Assembly: GCA_045578685.1 (NCBI GenBank)
Contig: JAZNKU010000244.1
Coordinates: forward strand, 1 to 32,885
Source of the DNA: Eubacteriales bacterium
GTDB lineage: Bacteria; Bacillota; Clostridia; Oscillospirales; CAG-272
Direction of reading: 5' to 3'
Length of the DNA: 32,885 nt
Part shown: piece by piece, positions 32,862 through 32,885 of the stretch
Numbering within the stretch: position 1 is the first letter of the stretch
Layout of the letters: each line of letters opens with the position of its first letter
The notes under the pieces: model-generated
The model's input: only the letters and a program-made list of their open reading frames with translations
The model's database searches: none
What the model was told of the DNA's origin: nothing
Program-made: the position numbers and the translations under genes

Positions 32862-32885
32862 AATTATTATTCTCCTTTACTTTTT

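Overview
The gene content suggests a chromosomal window from a Clostridia-type Gram-positive anaerobe: SLH wall-anchor domains, BspA-type LRRs, radical SAM/SPASM, an FGGY kinase next to araD, and rplJ-rplL. No rRNA or tRNA is present to type it. I count about 30 credible CDS, mostly housekeeping or metabolic: MATE exporter, aconitase-family hydratase, SLH polysaccharide deacetylase, RlmD, PfkB kinase, L10/L12, a large SLH surface protein, GNAT, HD hydrolase, radical SAM/SPASM, Ntn hydrolase, acyltransferase, transporter, Bcp, metallophosphatase, cysteine-desulfidase-like protein, pentulose kinase and AraD. Two accessory patches stand out. (i) nt 1-5302 is a tightly coupled four-gene operon: a TIR fragment, a TIR-helical-repeat-BspA-LRR protein, a KTSC mini-protein, and a multi-TM/Rossmann/RyR-like membrane protein. 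It has none of the partner domains of described TIR defence systems, and it is my best candidate for an undescribed Thoeris-like NAD-signalling system. (ii) nt ~28.3-32.9 kb is a visibly AT-richer islet of six unrecognisable genes, including a protein with UDG-superfamily-like motifs. Non-coding oddities include a four-helix-bundle (23S-IVS/Avd-family) gene enclosed by ~65-bp inverted repeats just upstream of the rplJ promoter. There is also a convergent array of eight GCGATAT-plus-mini-hairpin units between two convergent genes. A family of GCGGAGTG-stem terminator hairpins supplies the stop codons of two genes. No CRISPR, tRNA, rRNA, transposase or integrase was seen. All domain calls come from motif recognition by eye, with no searches run.
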